A stretch of DNA of 64,000 nucleotides from Epiperipatus broadwayi (GCA_028023455.1 JAQFVV010000003.1:29760001-29824000), one strand, 5' to 3'; numbered from the stretch's first letter, positions 26,530-41,146 are shown. Program-made: numbers and translations. The notes: generated from the letters alone by a model not told the origin.

Positions 26530-29500
26530 AACTTATTATGTTCTTTATTATTGTTGACTTCAAAACTTTTTTTTGATGTTCATATAAAAAGTTCTTTATT
26601 TTGATCTCCAGGAGTAGTGAAGTTTGACATTAAAGATAACCAAATTTCTTTTAAGATTGTGATTTAAAACTTGATGGGATTTTACTATTCTTATGTTTTT
26701 AGTAGGATGATGCAATGCTAAAAGAAATTCAAGCTTGATTATTCTGAAGAGAAGTAAGCAGTTGCTCCCTAAGAATTTTCCTTTAGTAGCAGTAGATTTG
26801 CTTTTATTTTAAATTAGAATGGTTTTTTTCAATTTTAATCTCTTGAAGAAATTTTATTATAGCATTATTGTTAAGATGACAATTATTTTACTGAGTAGAA
26901 ATAGATTTTGAGTGAGGGCATAGGCATAGCTTTGGAAAGGATCAAGCAATCAGACCCCTTTCTATCTTTATCAGCATTTTAAGCCAGGCATTTTGAAACA
27001 TGACCATTCAGAATTCTTTGTATGAAAGAAATCATCTTAAGTTTATAGCAGTTGGTTTAAGAAGTAAAAGTTTTTTCTATCATATATTAGCATATTTTTC
27101 TATTGTATGTTCACATAGGCATTGTAATGATTCTAGAATAAGTGATATAATGTTATAGTACTTGATTGCCTTTATACAAATTTTGTAGAGAAATACACAC
27201 TTCTCCAAAATTAATATTTAGAACTCCAGGGATTAAGTGAAATTAACTTTTTAAGATAAATAATTTTGCACAAAAATTATATGAATATTTAGTATCACAA
27301 ACTCCTATGTTTATTTATTCTAATTAAACTCACACATACAGAAATAATGCAACTTAGTTTATATTAACTAAAATTTGGATTATGATTAAATTTTCCTTTG
27401 ACATTTATTTAAGATTTATAATGCTTTAAAATAAACATTCAAAAGTAAACTTCAAAAAAATAAACTTGCACAAAAATGAGATAACATAATATAATTTTTT
27501 TTTCATATGTAAATCTAATATAGAATTTTTTTTACATACATTTAGCAGAGTATATTGTTAACTTAAGCATTTCCCCTTTAAATGAATTGCCCTACTAGCC
27601 ATACCATTCATTTGTCTACTTTCTTTATTTCTTAAGTGATCTCATTCACAATAATTAACTGGGAAAAGATCTTAAATAAAATTCATCAACTGGAAAGCAA
27701 AACTTTTATTAATTAATCTGTATTTATAAATCATACGCTAACATTACTTCCCTTTATATAACCTAGTCAATTATTTACTTATTACTTATTAATGTGTACA
27801 GATTTTAAACTGTGAGCATTATAAATTTTCTTGGTTCTATTAGGTGTATCAATTGTAAATGCATTTCACTTAATCATTTTATTATTTTATATTGGCCATC
27901 ATAAAGTTTAAAATCTTTTTATATTTATCCTGCTGTGGGTCATTAGCATGTGACTCAAAATTAATTTTACTTTGAGAACTAATCTAATAACAAAGTTAAG
28001 AACAAATAATCCACTTCCTAAATTTATACAGTAAAACTTTTTAGATTATTCTGCAATAACCTAACAAACATTGGGTCCTGAAAATTGTAATATTTTTTTG
28101 AATAACATTTGAATTTGAGATACATTTATATTTTGATTAAATAATATAAACAATTGAATTATCTTAGCTTATGACAATACAATATAACAGCTAAATTTAA
28201 ATAAATCTAATATGAATAAACTACTAATTCATAATGCTATCATAGGCATAAATTATGGAATTAGACCCTTTCCTCATGACCAAAATCTTAAATATGCAAA
28301 TGTGAGACTTTAAAATAATGGGATTTCTAATATAAACATAATAATTCTAGTTTTTATCCTTATTTGATACATATAATAGAAATCTCATATGACAGATTCT
28401 ATCTAAATTTTGATTAATGTAATTGATCTTTAATTTATCTAGGAATATAGATTCTCAATACCATATAAAATTATCTTCAAGAACAGCTGGTTCTAATTCT
28501 CTAACCTTACAATTTCATATCAGTTTCTCTTAATTTCATCCTACTAAAGTATTTATAAAATAGATTATTAAGACTGTCATAATGATAAGACTTTCTATCC
28601 TCATTCTTACTTTGCAACTTATTCACAAATATATTTCATCTGTTCCAAATAAAATTATTACTAATATCTAAAAATTCATAGTTATATCTGTATCTATTTG
28701 TCAGATTTGCAGTGTTTAAAGAGTAAGATTTACTTTCACAATTTATGTTATTGCTAATAAAACACTGTGTTTTTGGAGCTATGATTATGAACAAAATAAT
28801 GAGGGTTAAATCTATTCATAATATTTCACTGCTTGAATAACTCTTTGTATTCATGCTTGTTCTTACAAAAATCTTTTATGTTGAACTTAATAATATGTGG
28901 ATAGTTCTTATCCAAAATAATCTATTTTCCTTCATATCCCATATTTCTATCTCATCACTTGTATTTTTACTAACACCCTTTTTCCAATTTACCAAATATG
29001 AAGAATATCTTTCTTTTTTATTCGACTGATTTTTATCTCATTTCTTGCTCTTAAGCAATAAGTTTGAAAGTAAGATTTCCTTTTCACTTTGAAATCTTTG
29101 AAATTCCCCTTTGAGACCCTATGGTGATATGACTCATATTTGAAAGCTCCTACATTTTCCCCTAGTTTGCTCATCTTCTTTATCTGCATCTAAAGTCTCA
29201 GTTGTGATTTCTTTCTTAAATTCTTCTATTGAATCAATCAATGTTTGGAATCCAGACCTAATTATTTCTCAAAAGCTTGTAGTTTTGGCCTGATATCCTT
29301 CCATATTACTTGTTATAACTTCTAATCCCTTAGAATGGATTTTTAGCTTATCTTCTAACTTTTTAGAATTATTTTGTATTTTGGCTTTTAATTCGTTCAA
29401 ATTATCTTCTAATTTTGCTTCTAAATTTTTTTCAATTAGTTTGTATTTCAGATTTTAATTCTTTTATCATATTAATAACTTCTTGGAAGCCAAGGTTGGA

Positions 29501-32500
29501 CCTAGCCAATATATCTGGGTTAGTATTATCCATAATGCTAAAATTTTAGTATAATAAATATTAAACAAAAATATTTTTCAACAAATATATTTATCAAAGA
29601 TCAGAGTAGTCCAGAGCCTGTCTTCTTCTCCATTGCTGCCTATAAATATAGTCCTCAAAATAATTATATATAATGTACTGGTCTAAAAATGTATGTTTAT
29701 CCAACAAGACCTAGAAGAAGAGCAAAGTACCTCGAACCCAACCATGTACAAGATACACAGATCAGGTACATCATGGATTCTGCTCTATTTACCCATTATT
29801 CCACATCTAAGACATAATTAACATTTCCCAAAGATCATCATACATTCTTAGTTATACCAGCCTGGAGCCAAGCCCCAGAGCATAATATTCAGAATGATGA
29901 TGATGTTCACTGAGATCTTGAGTGACCCCTTCTAGTTTAACTTAACTTATAAGTAACAACGAAAATGAAAATAATTAAATGATTCGAACACTGGAAGTTT
30001 TATATATAAATATATATTTTAGACTATTAAAAATATTAAGTTACAATTACTCAAGCTTATGGACCAATGGTATACATTAATTTATTATTTCTATATATAA
30101 TTTTAAACAAGATTGCTTCACGATGTGACTACATATATATAAACAGCGATCATTTTATTAGCTTATTACATTATTTGCAAAAAAATAAATGAAATGGAAT
30201 TTTTAAATTAAAGTTTCCATCTACATTTATTACAAAATAGATTTTCTTTTCAATCAGCATATTTACAATTTACTGACTGATTGTACATAAAATAACAATT
30301 CCCCCTTTTTTTTTATTTAAATCATCCCAGAAAATAAAAAAAATGTCAAAGACTATAAAAAAACAGTTTGCCATTTCTACAGGGTTTAAAATGACAAGAT
30401 TAAAACATGCTATTTTACATTTTTTATGAAGGCAGATTTTTATCAAAATAATATTTTTATTTAATATGGACCTTACTGGAACAGCACCAAGTTATTTATA
30501 ATAACTTTACAATCCCCAGCATTATAATTTGCCATTTGATCATTTATATAATAACATTCATAATTTAGTTAATAAGAAGATCTAACTGAAAAACCATAAG
30601 CAAAAGAGAAAATTAGTTACTCAGGTTGAATATTCTTGACATTGGTAGAATCATTTCTTTATGGCTTACGTAATAGATAGACATTAAAACAATGAATAAA
30701 CTTGGGGTAATAATATGAATGCATAAGAAAATATAGGTTAATACAAGCCGATTTACAGGACACTCATACTCCTACTGCCACGAGAAGGGTTGGTATGTCC
30801 AGGATATTGCGGAACAATACTGAATGAAAATATAGGTTTTATTGGTGTACTATGTCCGACATACGGATATCATGCAGACCACTATTGACTACTTCACTTA
30901 TTCTCTGGAACACAGCAGTATGTGCTACTGGGAACAAGATTGTACAGAATAAAAATGATCTTTTATAGATCCACTCCAACACGCTCAGCATTCATTATTA
31001 ACCTAATTACTTATTTATCACAAAATATATGGATAATTATAATTGGGGAGCCTTAAATAACCTAATACAGCATAAATATCAACCTGCGCAATCAATTCCT
31101 TCATGTGAAAACGTTTACTTATAATAAATAATAAATATATCTTAAATAAATTACCCCTCCCCCTTTTTCTGCATTTAATTCTAAAAAAATATTGCATGAT
31201 AATAACCAATGCTATCCAACAGCACTTTCTAGGTCAATTATAATATATATTTCATTTCTATTCCATTCAAAAAAAATACATTTATAAAAAATAAAAAAAA
31301 TCTCATTTCTAAAATCATTAGCAAACATTAAATAAAGTTACTAATGTAAACACATTTTTATTACAGATATTTCAAACAACTTCACAAGCTAGTCAAAGAA
31401 AACAACTTATTTTTGCTTTCTACTTAATTTCTCTTCTAACACCCCCTTCTTATGATACTTTGCTATTACACAAATTATCATATTAAAATCCCCACTTGTG
31501 AAGTTGGTTCAATAAAGTCATAGAAATTATACTATGAAATTATTACAAAAACAAATAAATAGCATATTAAAAATAACAATTATAAGAAAATATATATATA
31601 TGTGTTGTGAGCTTGAGTTATCAAAGAATAATTACAAATAAATTAGATAGGGTTAGAAAGTCGATTACAGGAAAAGGCTTAAACATTAAATTTAAATATC
31701 TACATTTAAATTAATATTAATTTTAGAAATATAGGTCTATTAAATAAAAAGATTTAAAAATGTAAGACAAGATATGGAGTCTTGGTGGTTCATAAGACTC
31801 ATTACCTCAGAATTCCCTGGAGCGATGGTACATGTGAACTCTTATGGCTTGTGGCATTCTTCAGGGATAGGACTATAGCAGAGGCATAGCTAGGAGACAG
31901 GATTCAGAGAGAAAGGTGGTGATATTCTCTTTCTACTCACTTTTCATTTTCAGGTTCAAAATTGGCATAGTGACTGGTGGCAACTCTTGTTCCAAAAACC
32001 CCTATTTATATTCTCTAGCATTTAAACTATTTGCTATCTGAATCAATGGTTTATTTTTGAAGAATTGTTTACTTCCAACATTCATTTAAACAATGTAGAA
32101 CTTCCATTAATGGGTTAATGGAAATTTCAAAGTATTTGATTTTTTAATATATTTAAAGGCAGGTTGTTTCACATATATAATTTGAAGTCCCCCCCCCCCC
32201 CCATTTAAAACTGTCGAGATAAAATAAAAAAAGCTGACACAGTTTTCAAAAATAAAAGTTAAAACAAAGAAATAAAAAGATGATAGCAATTTAAAAATTA
32301 ATATTTTAAAATATTAAAAGTACTGTTAAAGTGTTTACAGATTATCAAAAAGAAGGCTGTATTTAACAATTAATAAAAAAAAAAGATTGCAGTGGCCATA
32401 AAAACCAATAGATGTTTTTTAAAAACATCAGATAAGAGTTATTATAATCTGTTCCCACCAAAAATAGATGGCCAATGAGGAAAGAAAATAAACACATGGG

Positions 32501-33304
32501 CCTCTGAGAAGATTGGTGTTAGATCAATCCCAAAAACAGATAAGAAAAGCATAAAGAAATAAATAGGGGAGTAGAGATTGCTTAAGAGATTTTTGTAGCA
32601 GACATATGGTTAGAAAGTATCAAGACTTATTAGTGAAATCCATATTATATGACTGCTAGCCCAACAAAGCTTGGAGCACTGAATAATAAAAAGGAATCTA
32701 TAACTAAAAAAATATTAAATGAAACAAGTGGTTAAAATATATCTTCAAATGTCTGGGTAAAAAATAGCTTTCTCCTTTGCCCTCTGTTCAGTTATGAAGT
32801 AAAATAAAATCAAGGCCTGTGAACTGACCATCGACTTGTTAAGCTCTCAGAACACCCCTCATTGATTGGAAAATTTATAGTGAATCACCAGCAGATGTAG
32901 GTTCAGATAGGGAAATTGTACATCTTTTATAGCTTTTTATAATAAGTAAAAATATTTTGCAAATTGTATTTCTTAAATTAAAATATAATATGAAATGTTG
33001 CTTTTAAATTAATTGATTGCAAGTAATACAAAAAGGAAATATATTTAAAAATGGAACACAATAGAGTAATAGGTGAAGTAAAAATATTTTGTATGATGTG
33101 TTTATTAAGATAATCTATGATTTAATAAAATGTCATTTTCTGGATTGATTGATTATTAAAATGCTTCCAAATAATAAAAAAAATATTTATTCAGAATAAT
33201 GGTTATTATTTTATAAAAAAAAAATTTGATAGAATGAATTGCCTCTGGAACCACACATACATAAATTAAGGAAATGTTTATATATGTGAATTAAGGAATA
33301 ATAT

Positions 33305-33700
33305 AATCTCTTCCAAATAATGATTTCAAAATGTATTGATATGATGAATAAGTGGTTCAAACCCACATTGAATATATTAAGTAATAATATAATGTTCTTT
33401 CAAATAATGACTTCAAACTATTGATATGATTAATAAGTAGTTCAAACTCACACTGAATATATTAAGTAATAATAAATCTCTTCCAAATAATGATTTCAAA
33501 CTATTAAAATGGTGAATAAGTGGTTCAAACCCACACTGAATATTAAGTAATAATAAATCTCTTTCAAATAATGACTTCAAAATGTATTGATATGATGAAT
33601 AAGTGGTTCAAACCCACACTGAGTATATTAAGTAATATCTTCCCAATAATGACTTCAAATTGTATTGATATGATAAATAAGTGGTTCAATCCCATACATA
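33305..33700. repeat. About 84-bp minisatellite (about 5 units) in the 5' LTR of D
   Basis: Unit approximately TTCCAAATAATGAYTTCAAA(A/C)TGTATTGATATGATKAATAAGTGGTTCAAACCCACACTGAATATATTAAGTAATAATAAATCTC, with starts near 33311, 33398, 33481, 33562 and 33640. Confidence 0.9.
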
Positions 33701-34380
33701 TGATATGTAAAATAAAAATAAATACTTTGGGATTTCTGGATTAAAACATATTTCTCAATACCCGGATTAAAATAAGTACTTCAAGATACTTGGCTAGAAT
33801 AAATATTTCAAGATACCTAAATAAAGTAATTACTTCTATACACATGGATACATAACTATGCAGATGAGGGAGCTTCAAACCTAAAAGGACAATTCCCACT
33901 AAGGAACAATAAAAAAACATCTGTAATTTGCACACAGATACGAAGACAGCCAGTATAGAGACTGTCAGCAAACTTTTCTTTCTTCTTCAAGAACTTTATA
34001 AGTCATATTGTTATTAAATAAAATTATTGTTTTAAAATAAATAATATCTTTTGTCAATTTCATGTGCATCATCCATCCATTTATGCACTGGTTCACAAGA
34101 ATCTCATGCCTCCTGAGCTAGGTTCAGCATAAGCAGACCATGGTAAGGAAGGTTGTAGTGAGATGGAACTCTAGTTGTGCCATTTGGGAAACCAAACATA
34201 AATTTCTAGATGCTTCCAGTTTCTATGATGTTACATCCTCTGATGAGCAGAAAATATTGTTGTAGGTGGGGCAACATCTGCATTGGGGAATGTTAATCAA
34301 TAGTTTCTTCCTGCAATATGCTCATCAGGAAATAGTTACAACGGATGTAAAGAAGTTGGATGATCTTATCCAGTTATATT

Positions 34381-34436
34381 TTGTGCCCAATATGGAGTTC
34401 AAAACCATGATCCTGAGATTAAGAGTCTCATGCTCT
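34381..34436 (+). other. Extended primer-binding site: 56-nt complement of tRNA-Lys(CUU) positions 76 to 21
   Basis: 46/56 identity to the reverse complement of the recalled conserved animal tRNA-Lys-CTT, with the last 25 nt identical (CCTGAGATTAAGAGTCTCATGCTCT). Mismatches are mostly transitions, several at CpG. Confidence 0.85.
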
Positions 34437-36469
34437 GGTTATCATCTATTTAAACTACATTTATTTCTTTGCTATATTTACTCTTTGACAACTTTTTACT
34501 TTTATTATTTAATAAGCTTTTCTCTCTCTCTCCACATCACAGTTCAGCTTCATCTTCTTTCTCATGCCTGTTTTGTTCTTATTGCCATTTACTTTACTTA
34601 GCTCTTTTAAATTTCTCTTATCTTTTTTTCTGATTTATTTCACATCCCCATACAATGTGCAATGTTCACATCTACAGAATCATAATTGCACCTGCCTTGT
34701 ACACTTCTTGTTCAGCTGTTTTTTACTTCTAAAGGCATTCTAACCAGATTGAGTAGGACAGGTCATGTGTGAATTTGTACTTTTCATGTTTATGTTGGGT
34801 ATAGCAGGGCTGCCTGGATGCAGTGTTCATGAGGATCTGAAGTATAGGCTTAGCACTGTGTAGACCTAGATGTTGAGCTCCCAGAGTAGTCCAGTGGTGT
34901 ATATGTAGGCCTCATAAATAGGCCTTGGTCTCATGAATAGACCTCATCTACTCACAAGAGATGAACAGGACTGGCTCAATGCCTGATATTTTTTTTGGGA
35001 TACTACTTGTGGTTAATCTGTCTAGGTACTTAGAAAGGGCAGTGCTTAAAAATGAGGTATTTTTTCATGATGTCATGGTGCCTTGTGTGCTGGTAGTCCA
35101 TGCTTGGCTGTCTATTTATCCTGACATTGGAGGCTGCAGTTCACATACTCATTTTTCCCATCTCATTTTACCTATTCATCAGTGTATCTCACACCAAGTA
35201 AAGACCTGACAATAATAAAATGGATAGTGTGTGGAATGAAATTGTATTTCCAGGCAATTTCATTCCAAAATTTAGCGGGGGGGGGGTAAGGAAACAGACA
35301 GGTTGTTTCACATATATAATTTGAAGTTCTCCCCCCCCAATTTAAAACTGTCGAGATAAAATAAAAAAAGCTGACACAGTTTTCAAAAATAAAAGTTAAA
35401 ATGAAGAAATAAAAAGATGACAGCAATTTAAAAATTAATATTTTAAAATATTAAAAGTACTGTTAAAGTGTTTACAGATTATCAAAAAGAAGGCTGTAAT
35501 TAACAATTAATAAAAAAAAAGATTGCCATCAAAATCAATAGATGTTTTTTAAAAACATCAGATAAGAGTTATTAGAATCTGTTCCCACCAAAAACAGATG
35601 GCCAATGAGGAAAAAAAATAAACACATAGATCTCTGAGAAGATTGGTATTAGATTGATCCCAAAAACAGAGATAAGAAAAGCATAAAAGAGATAAATATA
35701 AAAAAAGCATAAAGAGATAAATAAGAGAGTAGAGATTGCTTAAGAGATTTTTGTAGCAGACATATGGTTAGAAAGCATCAAGACTATTATTAGTGAAATC
35801 CATATTATATGACTACTAGCCCAATAAAGCTTGGAGCACTGAATAATAAAAAGAAGGAACCTGTAACTAAAAAAGTATTAAATGAAGAAACAAGTGGTTA
35901 AAATGTATCTTCAAATGTCTGGGTAAAAAATAGCTTCCTCCTTTGCCATCAGTTCAGTTATGAAGTAAAATAAAATCAAGGCCTGGGAACTGACCATTGA
36001 CTTGTTAAGCTCTCAAAACCCCTCATTGATTGGAAAATTTATAGTGAACCACCAGCAGATGTAAGTTTCGGTAGGGAAATTGTACATCTTTTATAGCTTT
36101 TTATAATAAGTAAAAATATTTTGCAAATTGTATTTCTTAAGTTAAAATATAATATAATGAAATGTTGTTTTAAATTAGTTGATTGTAAGTAATACAAAAA
36201 GGAAATATATTTAAAAATGGAATGCAGTGGAGTAATAGGTGAAATAAAAATATTTTGTAAGATGTGTTTATTAAGATAATATATAATTTAATAAAATGTC
36301 ATTTTCTGGATTGATTGATTATTAAAATGCTTCCAAATAATAAAAAAATATTTATTCTGAATAATGGTTATTATTTTATAAAATTTTTTTTTGATAGAAT
36401 GAATTGCCTCTGGAACCACACATACATAAATTAAGAAAATGTTTGTATATGTGAATTAAGGAATAATAA

Positions 36470-37205
36470 TATCTTTTCCAAATAATGATTTCAAAATGTA
36501 TTGATATGATGAATAAGTAGTTTAAACCCACACTGAATATATTAGATAATAATATAATGTCTTCCAAATAATGACTTCAAACTGTATTGATATGATTAAT
36601 AAGTGGTTCAAACACACACTGAATATATTAAGTAATAATAAATCTCTTTCAAATACTGACTTCAAATGGTATTGATATGATAAACAAGTGGTTGAAACCC
36701 ACATTAAATATTAAGTAATAATAAATTTCTTCCAAAGAATGACTTCAAACTGTATTGATATGATTAATAAGTGGTTCAAACCCACACTGAATATATTAAG
36801 TAATATACATCTCTGCCAAATAATGATTTTAAACTGTATTGACATGGTGAATAAGCAGTTCAAACCCACACTGAATATTAAGTAATAATAAATCTCTTCC
36901 ATTTAATGACTTCAAACTGTATTAATACGATTAATAAGTGGTTCAACTCCACACTGAATATATTAAGTAATAATAAATCTCTTCCAAATAATGATTTCAA
37001 ACTGTATTGAAATGGTGAATAAGTGGTTCAAACCCACTCTGAATATATTAAGTAATAATAAATCTCTTTCAAATAATGACTTCAAAATGTATTGATATGA
37101 TGAATAAGTGGTTCAAATCCACACTGAATATATTAATAATAAATCTCTTTCCAATAATGACTTCAAATTATATTGATATGATAAATAAGTGGTTCAAACC
37201 CACAC
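36470..37205. repeat. About 84-bp minisatellite (about 9 units) in the 3' LTR of D
   Basis: Same unit as 33305-33700, with starts about every 83-86 bp from 36476 to 37150. Confidence 0.9.
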
Positions 37206-38169
37206 TTTTATGATATGTAAAATAAAAATAAATACTTTGGGATTCCTGGATTAAAATACATTTCTCGATACCTGGATTAAAATAAGTACTTCAAGATACT
37301 TGGATAGAATAAATACTTCAAGATACCTAAATAAAGTAATTACTTCTATGCACATGCATACGTATCTATGCAGATGAGGGAGCTTCAAACCTTAAAGGAC
37401 AATTCCCACTAAGGAACAATCAGAAAAACATCTGTAATGTGCACATGGATATGAAGACAGCCAGTATAGAGACTGTCAGCAAACTTTTCCTTCTTCTTCA
37501 AGAACTTTATAAGTCATATTGTTATTAAATAAAATTATTGTTTTAAAATAAATAATACCTTTTGTCAATTTCATTTGTGTCATTCATCTATTTATGCACT
37601 GGCTCACAAGAATCTCATGCCTCCTGAGCTATGTTCAGCATAACCAGACAATGGTAAGATGGAACTCTAGTGGTGCTATTTGGGAAACCAAACACATAAA
37701 TTTCTAGATGCTTCGTGTCTCTATAGGCTACATCCTCTGATGAGCAGGAAATATTGTTGTAGATGTGATAACATCTGCATTAGGGAATGCCACTCGATAT
37801 TTCATTCCTGGAATATGCTCATCAGGAAATAGTTACAACTGATATAAAGAGGTTGGATGATCTTGTACGGTTACAATAATGATCAATGGTTTATTTTTGG
37901 ACAATTGTTTACTTCCAACATTCATTTAAACAATGTAGAACTTCCATTAATGGGTTAATGGAAATTCCAAAGTATTTGATTTTTATTCTTTAAATTTTTA
38001 ATATATTTACAATGCGTTTCCGCGTTGACTTTTATTTTAAAAATCCTTTGATTCTAATAAATAATAAAACAAACATATATATAAAAAAGTAAGAAATCTT
38101 CTGTTCGAATTTTATTATTAAAAATGCATTATCTTGTTATATATCTTAAAGGAAAAAACAATATTATAT

Positions 38170-41036
38170 TGTAGCAGTCAATCTTAGCCCGAGATCGAGC
38201 TCCACTGTTCTACCACTTAACCCACTGTTTTTTTTTCATCATATTTATATAAACTAGTATATTTCTGAGAAGCGGCTATAAAAGTTTATAAATATAAATC
38301 TCAAATAAAAATTTTCTTTAATTTTAAACATTGACTTTTATGGATGTGACTCAGATATATACATATATTAACGAAGCTTTTATATATATAAAAGCACAAA
38401 CAAATCTTTTAAATAATTTTGTATTTTTATTCTTAATTATTTGTTATTTATTTTATAAATATTTTCTTCATATAAGTATACAAATATTCAAGATGGAAGA
38501 TGGCTGTCCAAGAATAATTAAAGGGGTGGGGACATTACTTTGTTTCATAATTAAAAAGGAATTTTTAAATTAAAGTAAAATTTAAAACAAAGCTCATTGA
38601 TTTTAATTAGAGATTAACATTTTTTATCAAATCTATTTCCAATCTGGAAATTGATTTGAAATTATTTTGGGACAATTATCTAACGATTCCATCTCCACTA
38701 ACAATAGCTAAAATATTTCTGTTAATTAAAGATAAGAAGTTTAATTAAAAAACATTCTTGGAACACCTTAGAGTTTTGTATAAATAGGGCTAAAAATCTA
38801 TTGTGCCAGAGAGAGAGAGAGAGAGAGTTAGTTGAATAGTCTTTAACCAACTTCACATCTGTGTAATTTTTGAGGGGCTCCAGCTGCCTTTCCCTCCATC
38901 TTCAGCTCCAATCTTCGCCGTGCATGATGTAGCTTCTACCGTTCAAGTGTGCCCATGCCGTCAAAGAACCGCCGAGGCCAAGAGACAAAATTCATCTGTA
39001 TTCCATAGAATGCTGAGGTAACCAGCCCAAAGTCATTATAATCGTATTACCTAACTTATAACTTGTAAACTCTTTTTAAATTAATGTTTTCTATATATTT
39101 AAACCTTTTTTTCAACTCGCTAATCGGCAAGCATATTAAACCAATTCTCTTCTTTATACCGATTCTCTATAACATAAATTAATGCTACTATAAAACATTT
39201 CATTCAACTCACGCTTCTTGCTTTCTCTTATAAATTAGTGGGATTATAATTTATTTTAACTGATATTTTTATATTTTTCACTAAACTTTTATTTTTTAAA
39301 TGCAAATCAAACCCAGTTTTACGAACTAAAAGGGGGGGGGTTAATGAGTTCTTATTTTCTTATTTTTAAATAGTTCGTAAGTCTGAGTTTTTCTTGTGAA
39401 ATGAATATATGTTTTTTTCATTTAAAATATTATACCGTAAAATTATACAAAATGCATAAATATTTTTCAATCTGGGATGGATTTTGGTATACATAGGTTT
39501 TATTAATTTCTTTATTCATTATCGCCAAAAAGGCTGGTGAATAAATTGCATTTTGTTGTTCGCACTTTTTAAGTGCATGAATTTTAGTATTTATATATTA
39601 TATTTAAACAAAATAGTGATTCAAGAGGAGGGAGCAATGCACACTTCATTAATTATAGCGTTAACTTTTAATAAATGATTTTATCTCACACGGGTCATTA
39701 TTTTAACATGTCATTACGTATTTGTTAAACTATTTAAGGCTTTATATTTATTTTTGAAATCCAATGATTTTATATTATTATTAGGCCACTATTCATATTA
39801 TTAAGCTTTATCTAGAGACATGCGTTGGAATGCCCAAGTCGTCTCATCTTCATTTCAGGTTGTAAACAGGGCGATTAATGTCCCTAGACCACATCTATAT
39901 ATGTATACTCGCGTAACGAGAGCAATGCATGGGATAATTCCGACAAAGTTCGGCCCAGTGCATCTCCGTCCGAGGACCTTTTGTCAACCGATTTCACAAA
40001 ATGTGGGGTGGCAAGTTGGCTAGACTGTTCTTTCATAATATGATAAAGCACCTCAAGGAAATATTGGATCCGCAAATATTCAGCTATTATGCTAACACCG
40101 CAATTTCCTATAGTTCGTTTTCTTTTAGTCTGTTTGACAAAATAAACCGTAATGAGATGTAATAATGAAACGTTTTCTCTTTGTAATATTTTTAGTTGGA
40201 GTTTAAATCCAACCTCTCATGAAGCTGCCCTTCCCTTTATTGAATAAGCCATTCCCCATATTGACATAGTTTCGCAATATTTTCAAGTTAAATGTCGAAA
40301 ATGTTTAATAAATAAATGTTTTAAATATAGAATGATCAGAATGTATTCTTATTTTAGTGTTATCAATAAATACTGTTAATTAAATAAAGTTATGTATCAA
40401 ATGTCAAGGGCATCCTATTAAAGTCGTCCAAACAGCGAAACTTTATTATTGTCAAATTTTTATATGTGTTGTAATGTACAAACGTCTACCAATCACCCAG
40501 ATAAATTTATTTTTTGTAACTTTAAGTAAAAGCCTATTTGAAATATATGTCAGTATTGTAGGTAACCGCCACACTAAATTGATATCTATTGAAATAAAAT
40601 AATTGTAAAAAGATCGTCAAATAATTGTAACCAAAATTAAAGTTTAATTGCGTGAAGTTGAATATATATAAAATCTTGAATTTTTGTCAAAATAAATATA
40701 TATATATATATTTAAACTTAATTCAGTTGTTCGAATCTCCTTAATAATATTTATATTTATGTATTTTAAACTTAATATCTTGGGTTCACTCAATCTCTCA
40801 TCATCATCATCAGCTGAGTCTCATGCAAAACGATGTAGCACTGGGCCCAGAAATAATTAATTTATGTGGTATCACCATAGAGTGTTGTCCATAGTGTTAT
40901 AGATTTGGGGAATGGGCAAATAGGTTAGAATTCATGATTGCTCCTGACCTGTGTATCTCGGGCATGATTGGATTCGGGGTACTTTTGCTTAGATTCTAAA
41001 TCTTGTTGAATGGACATACATTTTACAACTGGTAAA
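38170..41036 (+). mobile_element. Solo LTR, family B copy 2 (retains more CpG, probably younger)
   Basis: TGTAGCAG...ACTGGTA(C>A)A, with TSD ATAT at 38166-38169 and 41037-41040. The empty site is visible in the sister LTR at about 55465-55485. Confidence 0.88.
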
Positions 41037-41146
41037 ATATATATTTGAAATAAATTATAACTGTTAATTAAAATGATTATGATATAAATATGTTACTATT
41101 ACCAATACAAGAAAAAAACATTTATATAAAACACATTTCTATATAC

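Larger units (their letters stand above)
32156..37875 (+). mobile_element. Non-autonomous LTR element D (LARD-like): LTRs about 32156-34378 and 35285-37875, 0.9-kb non-coding interior
   Basis: Long direct repeats end GTTATA/GTTACA. A tRNA-Lys PBS starts 2 nt after the first LTR, and a G10 PPT at 35277-35286 precedes the second. No pol motifs are present inside. Confidence 0.85.

Noticed and set aside
34381-34436. Functional tRNA-Lys gene on the minus strand
   Set aside because: It lacks tRNA positions 1-20 (A box and 5' acceptor strand), has encoded CCA-end homology and sits exactly at the PBS position. Treated as an extended PBS.
34266-35426. ORFs inside element D (111, 82 and 84 aa)
   Set aside because: They cross LTR/PBS/PPT boundaries, are low-complexity and have no gag/pol motifs.
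33305-37205. CRISPR-like array
   Set aside because: Units are contiguous 84-bp tandem repeats without unique spacers, there are no cas genes, and the context is eukaryotic.
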